Below the pieces are notes generated by a model that saw only the letters and a list, made by a program, of their open reading frames with translations, had not been told where the DNA came from and ran no database searches. From Narcine bancroftii (Eukaryota), in the NCBI RefSeq assembly GCF_036971445.1, contig NC_091474.1, positions 77,624,001 through 77,688,000 of the forward strand: a DNA stretch of 64,000 bases, given 5' to 3'. The position numbers and the translations under genes were made by a program. This document shows positions 51,603 through 64,000 of the stretch, piece after piece (positions within the stretch are counted from its first letter, which is position 1; the number at the start of each line of letters is the position of its first letter).

Positions 51603-53118
51603 GTATCCCAGAAGCTTGAATTTGATCTTAGATGTGGAAGGGGATAGAATTGATTGACAACTCAAGCATTGTTTAAAAGTTGTACAAAATTAATTATTTG
51701 GAAATTGGTTCATTTAGAATTGTGCTCTTTAAAACAGCAATATCTGATGTCAATGCACATGACACCTTATGGAGTTTGATAAATTATAAACTTTGGCTGC
51801 ATAGTTTTGAAAATATTTTATAGGCTTAAAATAGTTATATTTGCTGCATTTACAATTCCTAAATCCCATCAGAATATTTAATAGTTTATCTTCTTATAAT
51901 TGCATTCTGAAGTAAAGCAAAATGATAAATTGTAAAGAGACAGTCAATTTTACAAAATGATAGGCAGAGACTCTGTTGTGATTTATATTTATCACAATAA
52001 TACATTGTCAAAAGTCATTTAGCTCTAGATGTTGGATCCACCCATTTGCTTCTTCATGATCTGAAGGCAGTTTCCATCTTAGCAATTAAAACGAGGTGAC
52101 CCATTCATTCATTAAAATGCTGGGCTTTAGATTGAACAGTGTAAATGTAACACTTCTGAATGCAGGCAATGAGCTTGGTGTCAAATGCATGAGAGGTCTT
52201 TGGAATTTTCCATCCAGGTGGAATGTGGAGGCTTTGTTTCTATGAAGACATTGATAGATTTCTGGAGATTGCAGGAGTCAAGGAATATGGGTATAGTGCT
52301 GGACTATGCACCTGAAGAAGAAGTAAACCGTGATTTAGCAGAATTATGGAGCAGCTCTGGATGTGGGATGGCTTATACCTGCTCATGTTCTACAGTTTGA
52401 TTGAGGGTAACAAGACTGAAATTTTCTTCTCCACACCAGCAAAGATTAAATCACTCAGTGTTCCTGTTATTCACTTCAACGGTGAAAAAGATGGCTGTGG
52501 CATTCATAATGGTCTGCCCCACTGCAACAGAAAAAAAAAACTGTCTGCCTCGGTCCAAAATGAAAGATCACGAGACATAGGAGCAGGCCCATCGAGTCTG
52601 CTTCACCATTCTAATCATGAGCTGATCCATCCTCCCACTCAGCCCCACTCCCTGGCTTTCTCTCCGCAATCCTTGATGTCCTGACGAATCAAATACCTGT
52701 CAATCTCTGCCTTAAATACACCCAATGACCTCACTTCCACAGCCGCCTGTGGCAACAAGTTCTATAGACTCACGACCCTCTGACTAAAGAAAATTTTCAG
52801 TGTCACTGTTTTAAATTGACGACCTCTTGTCCTAGACTCACTTACCATGGGAAACATCCTTGCCACAGCTACACTGTCCAGGTCTTTCAGCATTCGAAAT
52901 ACCTCTATGAGGTCCTCCCTCATAGATGACTAATTGGTCAGTAAACAGAAGAAGCAATTATAAATCTTGCTCGAATGGAGGAGGTTTCAAAAGAGGTGTA
53001 AATTGGAATGATTACAGGTGGGCAAATGGCCACTGTGCTTTCACTTAGCTTAAATGATTATTGAATCATTTTGTACTTTGTGGGGAATAATTAAACAATT
53101 TTTCTCTTTACTTTTCAG

Positions 53119-53591
53119 GTCTGTGCTGTGTAACAATCCAAAAATGACTTTGATTCCGAGTTACATTCCTGCTGCCACTTTAAAATTGGTGATTGAGAAA
53201 ACATTAATTAGACGAGTTTCGGCACAAGCATTCTCTTCTGCAGTCCATCTGGAGTGTCTCAGGGTGTCCTTCAATCCCATCAGCAACTTCAGTGAGGAGA
53301 GTCTGCAAGGTCTGATTGGACTGAGAGAACTTCGCTTGAATGACAACGAACTCTCAACATTTCCCTGGCACGTCCTCTCCCACCTGCCACACCTCTGGCT
53401 GCTCGATTTACAGGGCAACATCCTTCTTTCGATACCAACCCAAGCAGCTGCTTATTGCAAAAACATCACCTACCTAGATCTATCAAATAACAGGCTGACA
53501 ACACTCTCATCCAGTGTGATCTCAACATGGTTGATGGTTCCAGGCGTGGCCAAAGTGATTTCACCCACTGGAAATTTAAAACTGATCATCG
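53119..53591 (+). CDS. LRIT1: LRIT1 exon 2 (leucine-rich repeats)
   Basis: LRELRLNDNEL, LLDLQGN and YLDLSNNRL repeats; canonical splice sites. Confidence 0.93.
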
Positions 53592-56399
53592 GTAGGTAAA
53601 TCAACATTCATCGTGTTTCATCTGTGCTGTTCAGTTGAAATATTTTGGAGTAAATTCACCAATAATACTGGACAACAATTTTTTCATAAGGTTTGCTTCC
53701 TGAAAAATAAAAGGAATTATGATAGACAACCAAGCTAATTTGAGTAGGAAGTTGGAGAAACATTAATTGAACTTTTATTGAATTTTAGCATGTTTAAATG
53801 ATGCTGATATATGGCATTAGTTCAACTGACATAAAAATTCTTTCCTGCTAATTTTCATTTGTACTTAGCATCTGATGCCTCTCATATAGGTGTCCAACAA
53901 TAGTTGCCCAGCACTGATGAAATCCTGATACTGCTTTTCCATGATTACAATGTCCCGGAGAAACCTTTCACCATGTTCATCACTGACTGCACCAAGATCA
54001 GCAGGGATGAAGTCCAAGCGTGAATGCAGAAAGTGAATTTTCAATGAAATTTCATGGTTTTATATGCTTGAAGTAGACTTAAAAATCACAAAAAAATAGG
54101 TTTTATCTAACAATATGTGATAGGAAAATTTTAAAGGTGGTTTTCATGATCAGCAGCCGAAATCCATAAAATACACCCAAAAGTGTTCAGAAAGCAAAAT
54201 CTTCATTGCCCAGTGCAGTTCAATATCCAGCTGATTTCTCACTGAATTCTTGGTCTAAAACTCCAACATATGAACAGAGTAAAACACAAAAGTCTGCAGA
54301 CGGAGTGATTGAAGTAAGGACAGATTTCTGGAGAAACTCAGCAGGTCAAAGAGCATACATTATACAGCAGAGATAAAGATACGTAACCAATGTTTCGGGC
54401 TTGAGGCCTTCATCAAGTTACGATCAAAATATAGGTAGGCCTAACCCTAACCCAAACCAATACTCCAAATGTTGTCTCACCAAAGCTCAACAAAATGTCC
54501 ATACTTCTGTAGCTCAACTACTTTGCAATCAAGGGCAATATAGCAAGAGCATTCCTGATTGAAACTCCCACAAATCTGCATCTTCTTAACCAATGCACCT
54601 CGCTCTCTTCACACACAAATGTTTAATAGATTCTCTTGACTTTGCATTTCCAATCTTCTACTAAAGATTTAAACATCATCATTTCCCAAACTGTGATCGA
54701 TCTTGCTGACTTGTTTGACCTGCCAAAATCTAGGCTTCCTGCCTAGTTTTGCATCATCATTATACCTAGGTGGGTAACAATCTTTCTTCCCATCAAATGT
54801 GAACAGCAAAGGATCCAATGCTGTAGTCTCCCATTAGTTTCTGCACTCGTTTATCGCTGTATCTACAGTGAGGCAAAGAGTTTAGGAGAAATGTGAAGGG
54901 CAAACTTTTTTTTAATAATGAGAGCGGTAGATTCCTGATGATGGTGAATTTATTGTCATATACACAAGTACGGATACCCTAAAATTCTTAGCCTGCTGTA
55001 GCGACACAGGTATATAAGATACTCTAACTCAGGGTTTCCCAAACCTTTTCTTTCCACTCACACACCACTTTAAGTAATCACAGAGCACCAATGGCATAAG
55101 GATTACGTAAGGTGGTATGTGAGTGGAAAGAAAAAGTTTGGGAAACCTTGCAACTACAGCAGCATAAATTAAATTAGCACAATGTTAAGAAAAAATACAA
55201 AGACAGATAAATAAATATTCACAGTTGTGGTGAGTGAAAGAAGAAAAGGTGGCATCTTAATAGTGCAGACAGATTTTTGATGGTCCCAGAGTAGTTTATG
55301 GTTAGGGAACAGTAATATGGGCAGGTTCAAGAGCCTGATAGCTGTTGCTTATAAAGTTCTGGATTTCAGCTTCTGTACCTGTAATGTCTTGGAGATCTTA
55401 GATGTTTGAGCATTAATCATCTTATTTGCATTTGTCTTCCTGTAAGATTGTACGCAGCTGTTAACTAAACATTCTAAATTAATTTAACTATAAATTAAAA
55501 CTAGACCAGAACTTGGCCAACCTTACTCAGTTAGCAGTTAACACAACACTGCTACAGAGCCAGTGATCAGGAATGGGGTCCAAATCCCACACTGTCGGGA
55601 AGGAATTTGTATGTTCTTCCCATGTCTGCGTGGATTTCCTCCTGGTACTCCAGTTTCCTCCCACACACCAGGGTGTAGGCTAAGTGGGTGTAATTGGGTG
55701 GCACAGGTTCATATGCCAAAAGGGCCTGTTACCATGCTGTATGTCTAAATTTAAACTAAAAAAAACCATAATAATGTAACATTTTTTATTAAATTTGGAG
55801 GCGACCTCAGTAAATATACTCAAGACAAGGATGGATAATTTAAAAAAATACACACTAGGGGAATTAAGGGATATGGGGAAAAGGCAGGTCAGTGGAGATG
55901 AGCCTGTCATCAGATCAGCCATGATCTTATTGAATGGCGGAACATGCTCGACGGGCCAGATGGCCAACTCCTGCTCCTATTTCTTATGTTCTTACCTAAT
56001 CTAAGTCCAAGCTGATCCTGAATACTTCTAATTTTTTTTCTCTCTTGACCCAACATTTTCCAGCGTATAAGCAGCTGAAATATGTTATTCCCTGAAAAAT
56101 ATTAAACAAATTACCCAGATCTGGATGAAAGATTCATCAGCCATTATCTGATTGGTGGCGCAAGTGATGGGCCAAGTGGCCTGATCCTGCTCCTATGTCT
56201 TATGCTCTTAAATGTTTGCTGCATAAGAGGTTGTTGGCTTTGAGTCAAACCACATGATCTATCTCCAGCGCACTGACATGGTGCTGTTAATAAGAAATTT
56301 GTTAACTAAATCTTACTAATATTAGCGTAGAAGGAAAACTGTTGGAGCACAGCATTATTTTTCATTTAATATAATATGCAAATATATTATTTTCAACAG

Positions 56400-56705
56400 G
56401 ATTACATAACAACCCTTGGGAATGTGACTGCAGATTATCAGAACTAGTTAATATTGTTAAGATCCACAATCCAACAACAGCATTGATGGATCCTGGATTA
56501 AAGTGTTCCAGACCAGAACACCTCTCTGGGGCTCTCTTCAGCAACATAGAGCTAAACAAGTGCCAGACCCCAAGCATTCATGTCGCTGAAGGTAAAGTGA
56601 TCGCAGAGACAGGGAGCACCGTGTCACTTAATTGTGCAACCACAGGAGTTCCCACCCCTGCTGTCAGCTGGAGGAGGCTGGATAACGTCCCACTGAATGG
56701 CACAG
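56400..56705 (+). CDS. LRIT1: LRIT1 exon 3 (LRRCT plus first half of the Ig domain), 306 bp
   Basis: LHNNPWECDCRL, CSRPEHL and LNCATTGVPTPAVSWRR motifs; phase 1/1. Confidence 0.94.
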
Positions 56706-59299
56706 GTAGGTGCCTGGTCATTGTAGGCAAGTATTGTTTAGTAATTCAAAAAGTTGTAAATCAGTCGTAAGTTGCATTCATTCTGAATAGGTAAGTAAGT
56801 TTTTTTCCACTGGTCGGCAAGACAAGATTCAGGGGAGTAGATTTAAGATGGAGATGAGGAGGAAATGCTTTTCCCAGAGGGAATTCTCTTCTCATGGAAG
56901 CAGTGGAAGTAACCTGAAAATACATATTTAAGACAGGATTGGATAGATTTTTGCATAGTAGGGGAAATAAGGGATATGGGAGTGGAGATGAGCCTATCAT
57001 CAGATCAGTCATTATCTCATTGAATGCTGGTACAGGCTTGAAGGGCTGAGTGGCCTACTCCTGTAATACAGTCAGAATCAATGAATCTCACACTAGGGAT
57101 ACAGGCTCTTCTGCCCACCATATCTTTACTGACCATAAACCACCCATTTAAACTAATCCTCTACTAGTTTCATATTTTTTCCCTGTTAACTGTACCCTAT
57201 CATTCACCTTCATGCTCGTGCCAATTTTGGGATGGCCACTTAACCAATCTATATGCCCAGAGAGTCAAAAGTCCCTGGAATAAATCCACACAGTTACAAT
57301 GGGGCTGTCTAAAAGTCCACACGCACAGCCTTGGAGGTCTGGAATGAATCCAGATGACCAGAGCTGTGAGACAGCAGCTCTATTAGTTGCACCTGTAAAT
57401 ACAGGGATTTCACCTTTCACTTTGTCTTCTCTGAGAATAGAAGAGAATCACTTCAGGGGTGACACGGTTAGTGAAGCAGTTAATGCCAGCGACCTGGGTT
57501 CAAATGCGGCACTGTCTGTAAGGAGTTTGTACATTCTCCCTGTGTCTGCATGGGTTTCCTCTGGGGGCTCCAGTTACCTCCCAGGGTTGTAGGTCACTTG
57601 GGTGTAATTAAGCAGCATGGGCTCGGGGGAAGGGGGGGGCGGCTGAAAGAGTCTGTAATTGTGCTGTTGTCTAAATGTTTTTTAAAAATTAAAGAACTGA
57701 AGGAGGGTATTTGGCCCATCAAATCAGGAAGGGATAGCAAACATTAATTTTAGCACGCGTGTTGACCAAATCCTCTTTGAAAACAGATCTTAATCCTGAT
57801 ATAAAAATGAGAACAATCAAGTTTTTGGATTTAGATAGTGGTTCAAACAGTTGAAAAACCTGAGACTTAATTATGATTTTAGCTGTGTGGGTGTCAGTTG
57901 TCACACAAGAACATATGAAATAGGAGCAGGAGTCGGCCATCCGGCCCATCGAGCCTGCTCTGCCATTCAATAAGATCATGGCTGATCTGAAGATAGGCTC
58001 ATCTCCACCTACCTCCCTTTCCCCCATATCCCTTAATTCCCCTATAATGCAAAAATATTAACTATATTTACTGAGATAGCCTCCACTGCTTCCATGGGCA
58101 GAGAATTCCATAGATTCACCATCCTCTGGGAAAAGTAATTCCTCCTCATCTTGAGGCTATGTTTCCTAGTTATCGACTCACCTACCACTGGAAATATCTT
58201 ACTTACCTACCTACCATACAGTGCATGACTTCTTGACCATGAATGTTCTGTTAAATTCCTACTTCAGGGCAAAAATAAATGCTGAAGGAGTTTCTGACTG
58301 GCAGAAGGGATGGCACCATTAGACTTAACCTGTCCTCTTGCCAGAGAGAGAAGCTTTCATAACATTTTATAGAGCAAATTATTCCTGGTAACCTGGCCTG
58401 ACCAATATGATCTCCCACTTATCATTAACATGACAGATAAATATTTGCATGCATTAGAGCTTGTTGCTGCATTTCCAATATTACTAGAATGACAATGAAC
58501 TTGTAGCAAAAATGTATATTTCTCCTTTCATCCAACATTCTTTCAATATTCCTTTGTCTGCAAACATTGGATTGCATTCCATATTTATTCTGTTGCAGAG
58601 GCAAAAATATGTTTTCTCTGTCATAGGAAGTTATACAATAACTTGAACCTTTAATATATCCACATATTCTCCCTTAACCTGTTTAAATATGGTGAAAGAT
58701 TGTAATTTAGAATAAGAACTTAGATGTAGTGAACAATTCCACCGATCTTTGAGCCCCTTCGTGATTGAATTAATTCAATCAATTCTCTCTGTCTTAACTC
58801 GATTAAATTTTTACATTTAAAATGTAAAAAAATAATTTGCTGCCCAGTGGGAATTCTTACAAAACATGCCAAATATGTAAAATCTTGAAATTTTGATACA
58901 CATTAACAACATACAAGCTGCATATATTTGTGATATTTAGCCAGGTGTTTGAGCTATCCTTTCAAGAGCATTGTTCAAAATTTCTTTAGAAAAGTGGTCT
59001 TGACAGACAAATAAGTCAAGGTAATTGTGACTAGTTTTAAGATCATTGACGTGATATATTTTAGGCTTCAACATAGAAGAACCCATTCTATCATTAGAAT
59101 GTGCTTGCATTTTACCTTGTCCAAAAAGTTGGTTACCGTTTACATCTTATGGATGCTACGTGACCTGCTGAGTTTCTCCCACATGTTTGTCCCTGGCATC
59201 TGCAGACTTTCTTGTTTAACATGCGTAGAGAAGAATGGGTTTTCAACAAAGAGTACAAACAAAACATAAATGTATAAAGAGAACAAAGCATAAGCAAAA

Positions 59300-59712
59300 C
59301 ATTGGGATGTTACCAGAGCTTCAAGAACTGTGTTATAGGGAAAGGTCAGGACTTTATTCCCTGGATGAAAGAAGAATGAAGGGAGATTTGATAAAGGTAT
59401 ACAAAATTAAGAAAGATGCACATAGAATAAATGCAAATAGGCTTTCTTCCACTGAGGGTAGGTGAGATACAGAACAAAAGGACATGAGCTAAGAGTGAAA
59501 GGGAAAAAGTTCAGAGGGAACATTAGGGGGAACTTCTTCACACAGAGATTGAGTGGTGGGGGGGTGGAATGAGATGCCAGCTGAGGTGATGAATATGGGC
59601 TTAATGTGGAGGGCTGTGGACTGGGTGCAGGACAGTGGGACTAGGCAGAATAATAGTTCAGCACAGTCTAGAAGGGCCTGTTTTCTGTGCTGTGATGTTG
59701 TATGGTTCTAAA
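59300..59712 (+). mobile_element. CR1 3' fragment (other CR1 tails at about 45520, 52565, 55798, 56790 and 57905)
   Basis: ELCYRER..LYSL.ERRMKGDLIKVYKI, similar to 19.4-19.9 kb. Confidence 0.8.
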
Positions 59713-59836
59713 TGCAAATGCAATGAGAAACAAGAGTTGGGTATATTTCACTGCGTTCAGATCTTAATTAAATGATAGCACTTGGAACTTACACCGTAAC
59801 TATAATTGCATGTGATGCACCTGTTGTGTTTTTCAG

Positions 59837-60921
59837 TGATAGTGGCCAATACCAACAAGGCAGTAAAGTGGTCTACACTCAACCTATCAGATGTGTCCCA
59901 TCAGGACTCTGGTGATTACCTGTGTAGAGCCAGCAATTTGATGGGAATAGCTGGTGCTGCCATTTCTCTCATTGTGATCAACCCTGCTATCACAATGGTA
60001 TCTGTCAAATGCACACCAGGTCAGAGATGTGTCCGAAAAATGAGAAATCAGGAACTCGGTGAAGGCAATAGGAAACTGATAGCCAGGTTTGCAAGTTTCC
60101 GAACCTCCGGAGAATCATCAAGGGGTTCCTATTCTATCAGGAGGAAAGATTACTTTGTCATGGACCACAATAAGAAGAGATCAAATGGAAATATCCCAGA
60201 GATTGTCTCCTTAAAGATGGATCCTTCCAAAATTAGTGGTTTATTGGAAAATCGAAGAAGCATCAATGATTCCAGCAGTACAATAATGAGTCGACCATCA
60301 ATCCAACTGGAATCCGACTGCTTAGTCAGAACTCTCAGGGTAATCGGAGGTACGTATCATAGCGTGTCCTTGGCTTGGAGATCACCTAAGGCCACGAACA
60401 TCACTCTTTTTAGTGTTTTGTATACTACTTTTGGAGAAAGGGATATGAGCAGAATAAACGTGGGCCCTGGGAAGACCAAGATCACCATTGATGGTTTGAT
60501 GCCACAGACCAAGTACATTGTCTGTGTTTGTGTCAAAGGAATCATTCCCCAGAAAGAGCAATGTGTGATTTTCTCCACCGATGAGGTGGCTCATGCAAGT
60601 GGGACACAGAAACTGATTAACGCGGTGGTGATCACGGTGGCCTGTGTAATCGTGGTCCCTCTCACTCTCATTGTCTGCTGTGGGGCTTTGAAGAGACGCT
60701 GCAGAAAGTTCCTGATAAAGCCTCCAGAAGATGATTATCAAAACAACTCATTTGTTACGTTTGAAAGCTTGGCGGCAGAACCCAGGCCAGACCCTGCTGA
60801 AGTAGAGTATCTGACTCATCACAGTAAAGATGAGGCCAACAGACTCCTGTCACCGAGGTCCAGTCTCGATTCCGAAGAAGTAACAAACCATGAAGCGCAG
60901 CAAAATGAATATTTCTGCTGA
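59837..60921 (+). CDS. LRIT1: LRIT1 exon 4 (Ig end, FN3, TM, cytoplasmic tail ending NEYFC); full protein 663 aa
   Basis: DSGDYLCRASN, FN3 TKYIVCVCVKG, TM VVITVACVIVVPLTLIVCC, LRIT1-type C-terminus, and head-to-head synteny with RGR. Confidence 0.93.
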
Positions 60922-60947
60922 TATCAAGATATATTTCTGAGATTTAA

Positions 60948-61087
60948 CCCTTTGGACTCCGAGTCCGTGTTATACCCAACTACCAGCTGGTTCATACTGA
61001 CTTTTAACCTTTCATACTGTAGTTTACCCATGGATCCAGTCCAGAGTATGTCTTATGAAAAGTTAAAAATGGCCAAAGCCTAAAGGG
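60948..61087. mobile_element. piggyBac-type MITE in the LRIT1 3' UTR
   Basis: TTAA|CCCTTTGG ... CCTAAAGGG|TTAA, 26 bp after the stop codon. Confidence 0.85.
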
Positions 61088-62118
61088 TTAAACATCGTCA
61101 AACTAGAACAACATTTAAAAAGTCAAGGATCTCTCCATTCCAACTTAATATTTTGTTTGGCACCTGCTGGCTATAATTTCCAAAAACCTCCATGGAAATA
61201 CACTTTTTTTTAGATTGATTTAAACAACTGAGAATCTATTCCTTGGAGTCATGTTAAAAGCCAAATAGTTTTAAAGAAATGTTAACAATGGCCTGTCAAT
61301 TAGCACTGAGATCACTAATCAAAAGTTTTGAGAGTTGTTTTTTTCAAGGAATTCAAAAGTTGGTGCTAGGCTGGCATTTATTATTCATTCCTACTTGGCA
61401 CTTGTACCTTGAGAAGGCAATGGTGAGCCACCTTTCTGAACCATTGGTTCCCCTGCATTAAAATGTTGTTGGGTAAGGGATTCCTAGCTCTCAAGGAAGG
61501 CAAAATATTTCAAATGGAAAAATTGTACAGTATATGACTTAGAGGGGAATCTGTGGCCGTTGGTGTTCCTATCTCATTGGCACCCTTGTTTTTCTAGGCC
61601 AATGGTATGAGTTTTGATGAGTGGAACTCATTGCAGTTGCTGGATGGTGCATCCACAATGTAAGATTCAAGATTCAATTTATTGTCACGTAATAAAAAGT
61701 TTCATATTACACAAAATTGCCTTTTGCCTGCTGTAAGGTAACCTGCAGAAATTTCCTGAAGCACCTCTTACAGAGAAAGAGAAGCAAAGGAAAGATCCCC
61801 CAGGAGTCACTGAGTGTCCGTGGGTTTGCCCCAGTACTCTCGCAGTCTCTGCAGCCACACAGTCTAGTCCAAACCATTGGCAACCGAAGCTCCAGATCCA
61901 AACCTCCCGCGGGAGCACAGTGTCCGCAGGAACACTGTCGATACAGCAGTTCCGGCAGCGTCGCCATTTTTTCCAGGATGGCCGTCCTGGAAAATGTCAT
62001 GACTGTGAAGAGAATGAGTGCTTCAAGTGGTGGATGAGGTCCCACCACAGTTATTATTGGATGCTGTCAACCTTCGTGAATGTTGTGAAGTTCTTCCCAT
62101 CCAAACAAGTAGAAACTA

Positions 62119-62655
62119 CAGGTCGAGTACCGCTTATGCAAAAACCCAAAACATTTTGTGCACCGACATGACGCCACAAAATATTCCACACCTGCCCATG
62201 TGGGGCTCTGATGCTTTGTTGGCACCAGTTTGTTACCAACCTTTGTCACCACCAGACCTACATGCATTTGCTCACTGTAATGACTCTGGAGGAAACATTT
62301 AAAAACGCTGTCCAGCAGAATTTCTAGTAGTTGGTGCTGCATTTATCTTCTTTTGTAAGCAGAGATCAAGTTTTTTTTGTTAAGTACAAAACATTATTTT
62401 CATATGAAATCTGAAATTCATCTCCACCTAAAATGCCATGTTTAAGTGTAACATGGCCAGCAACATTATTGTGTTGAAAAAAATTACAGTGTGCTGTAAC
62501 CTTTTGATCGTAGGTGGAGACCGCTGTTGTTGTTTAACAGCTGATACAGGTTTCCTGCTGATGCTACTGCGCTGCTTAGTCACCCTACACACGTTAATCC
62601 AAAATCCAAAACTCCTCTGGTCCCATTACTTTTTGGATAAGGGGTACTCGACCTG
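62119..62655. mobile_element. Tigger-type MITE
   Basis: 25-bp TIRs caggtcgagtacc.cttat.caaaa with a TA TSD. Confidence 0.85.
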
Positions 62656-64000
62656 TATTCCTTCACACTCCTGCTTGAGGAAGAGAAATTTGGTGGTTAA
62701 TTCCATTTAACTTCAAGTGGAGTTCAGTGTCTTTGCTGTTGGTCACTCTCTCCACTTCAAGTCAGATACTTGTGCATACTAGTCCCACTTCAGAGACTTC
62801 AACATAATATTCCAGGCAGCAACACCAAAGCAGAATTAATGTTGGGCTGTAGTGTTTCTTTTGGAATGAGTCAACATTCCTGGGTAGCTGTAAAATATGG
62901 AACTCTCAGTGCTCCTTCCGAATGGTTCAACGTGGAAGGATGTTCATCACTTGAGAGATGGTAATCAGTGGGAGGTTTCCTGTGTAAATATGTCATTTAT
63001 GGATCATTTATTTTTTGATAACTTGTACTTACAGTGTATAATAATACATCTTAACACTTGTACAAACAAAATTTGATCTTGAACCACTTTATCAGATATA
63101 ATGGCAGATGACCAAAATCTTGGTCAAAGAGATGAGCGCATAACAAGATATCGGAAGGAAATTCTGTGACTAAAGGGCATGGAGCCATTAGAATGATGAA
63201 TGTCAAAAGGTCAGTATTAAAGAAGGGAAGATATCATCAGGGATGAACATTATATCCAGGGATGAACGTTACAATGTGGGTAATTGAACAGAAGGTAAAT
63301 GCAACTTGGTGCATGTCGGGACACAAGCAGTGGCAATTAGCATGACTTTGCATTTCAGAACGCTGCCATGTTTCAGGTAACCAAAAGGTCTTCATTAATT
63401 GTAAAGTTTTTCTTGTAAATTAATGGTTGAGATGCATGAATTTTATTTAAGTCCTGTACTTCTGTAAGAATGCTACAAATAGGCATGTGAATGCTTTTCT
63501 ACAATATCTTTTTGTTTTATATGAATTCTAGTGTGTAAATTATTTCAAAGGGGCTTCCAGTCTTTGAAATTTCTAACCACCGAAGGCATCTATTATTTGC
63601 AGTATAATCCTGGCAGACCTTTCCTTCCACATGTATAATCTCTACTTTATTCTTATTGTCTAAAGTCTACTTGGTTAAGTCATTAATTGAAACATTTAAA
63701 ATATAAATCATTTTACATTTTGAAATCATTGCTGGGGACTTCTTGTCATGAATCAACATTCAAGTAGACTTTAGAACTTCTCCAGCTTAATAAAGTCAAT
63801 GTAATTGAAGTGCTTTTTCAAATGTTTGCCGACTTGAATCAGATAATAGGTATATATTAAATATTAATACATTGTGAAACTGTAACATCTCATGCCTTTG
63901 TCATAAATTACAAGATTTTGACAAACTGAGTGAGAACATGAAATGATTTTCATTGGATGCCAGCTGGCATGTTATGGATCACTGTGGGTGAGACTGATCC

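Noticed and set aside
61685-62342. Cluster of short ORFs after LRIT1 as a possible LRIT2 start
   Set aside because: They overlap repeat remnants and show no signal peptide or LRRNT motif.

Overview
Eukaryotic DNA from a cartilaginous fish. The VAChT protein closely resembles Torpedo VAChT as I recall it, so an electric ray is likely. The window holds four genes: (1) the 5' end of choline acetyltransferase (CHAT, minus strand, running off the left edge); (2) the intronless vesicular acetylcholine transporter SLC18A3, nested upstream of the CHAT coding exons as in the known cholinergic gene locus, with a candidate TATA/R-type exon and an RE1/NRSE further upstream; (3) a complete 7-exon RGR opsin (minus, 300 aa); and (4) a complete 4-exon LRIT1 (plus, 663 aa), head-to-head with RGR. 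Introns and intergenic DNA are full of transposons: two L1 copies with TSDs flanking RGR exon 6, solo LTRs, piggyBac/hAT/Tigger-type MITEs, CR1, Rex1-like and RTE fragments, tRNA-type SINEs, and Penelope-type repeats with degenerate hammerhead cores. The most interesting observation is a uORF in the VAChT leader whose stop codon lies inside a 5' splice site; if spliced, it reads in frame into ChAT. Inverted repeats also bracket the VAChT ORF. All gene models were built by eye from splice signals, exon phases and remembered homologues; no database searches were run.
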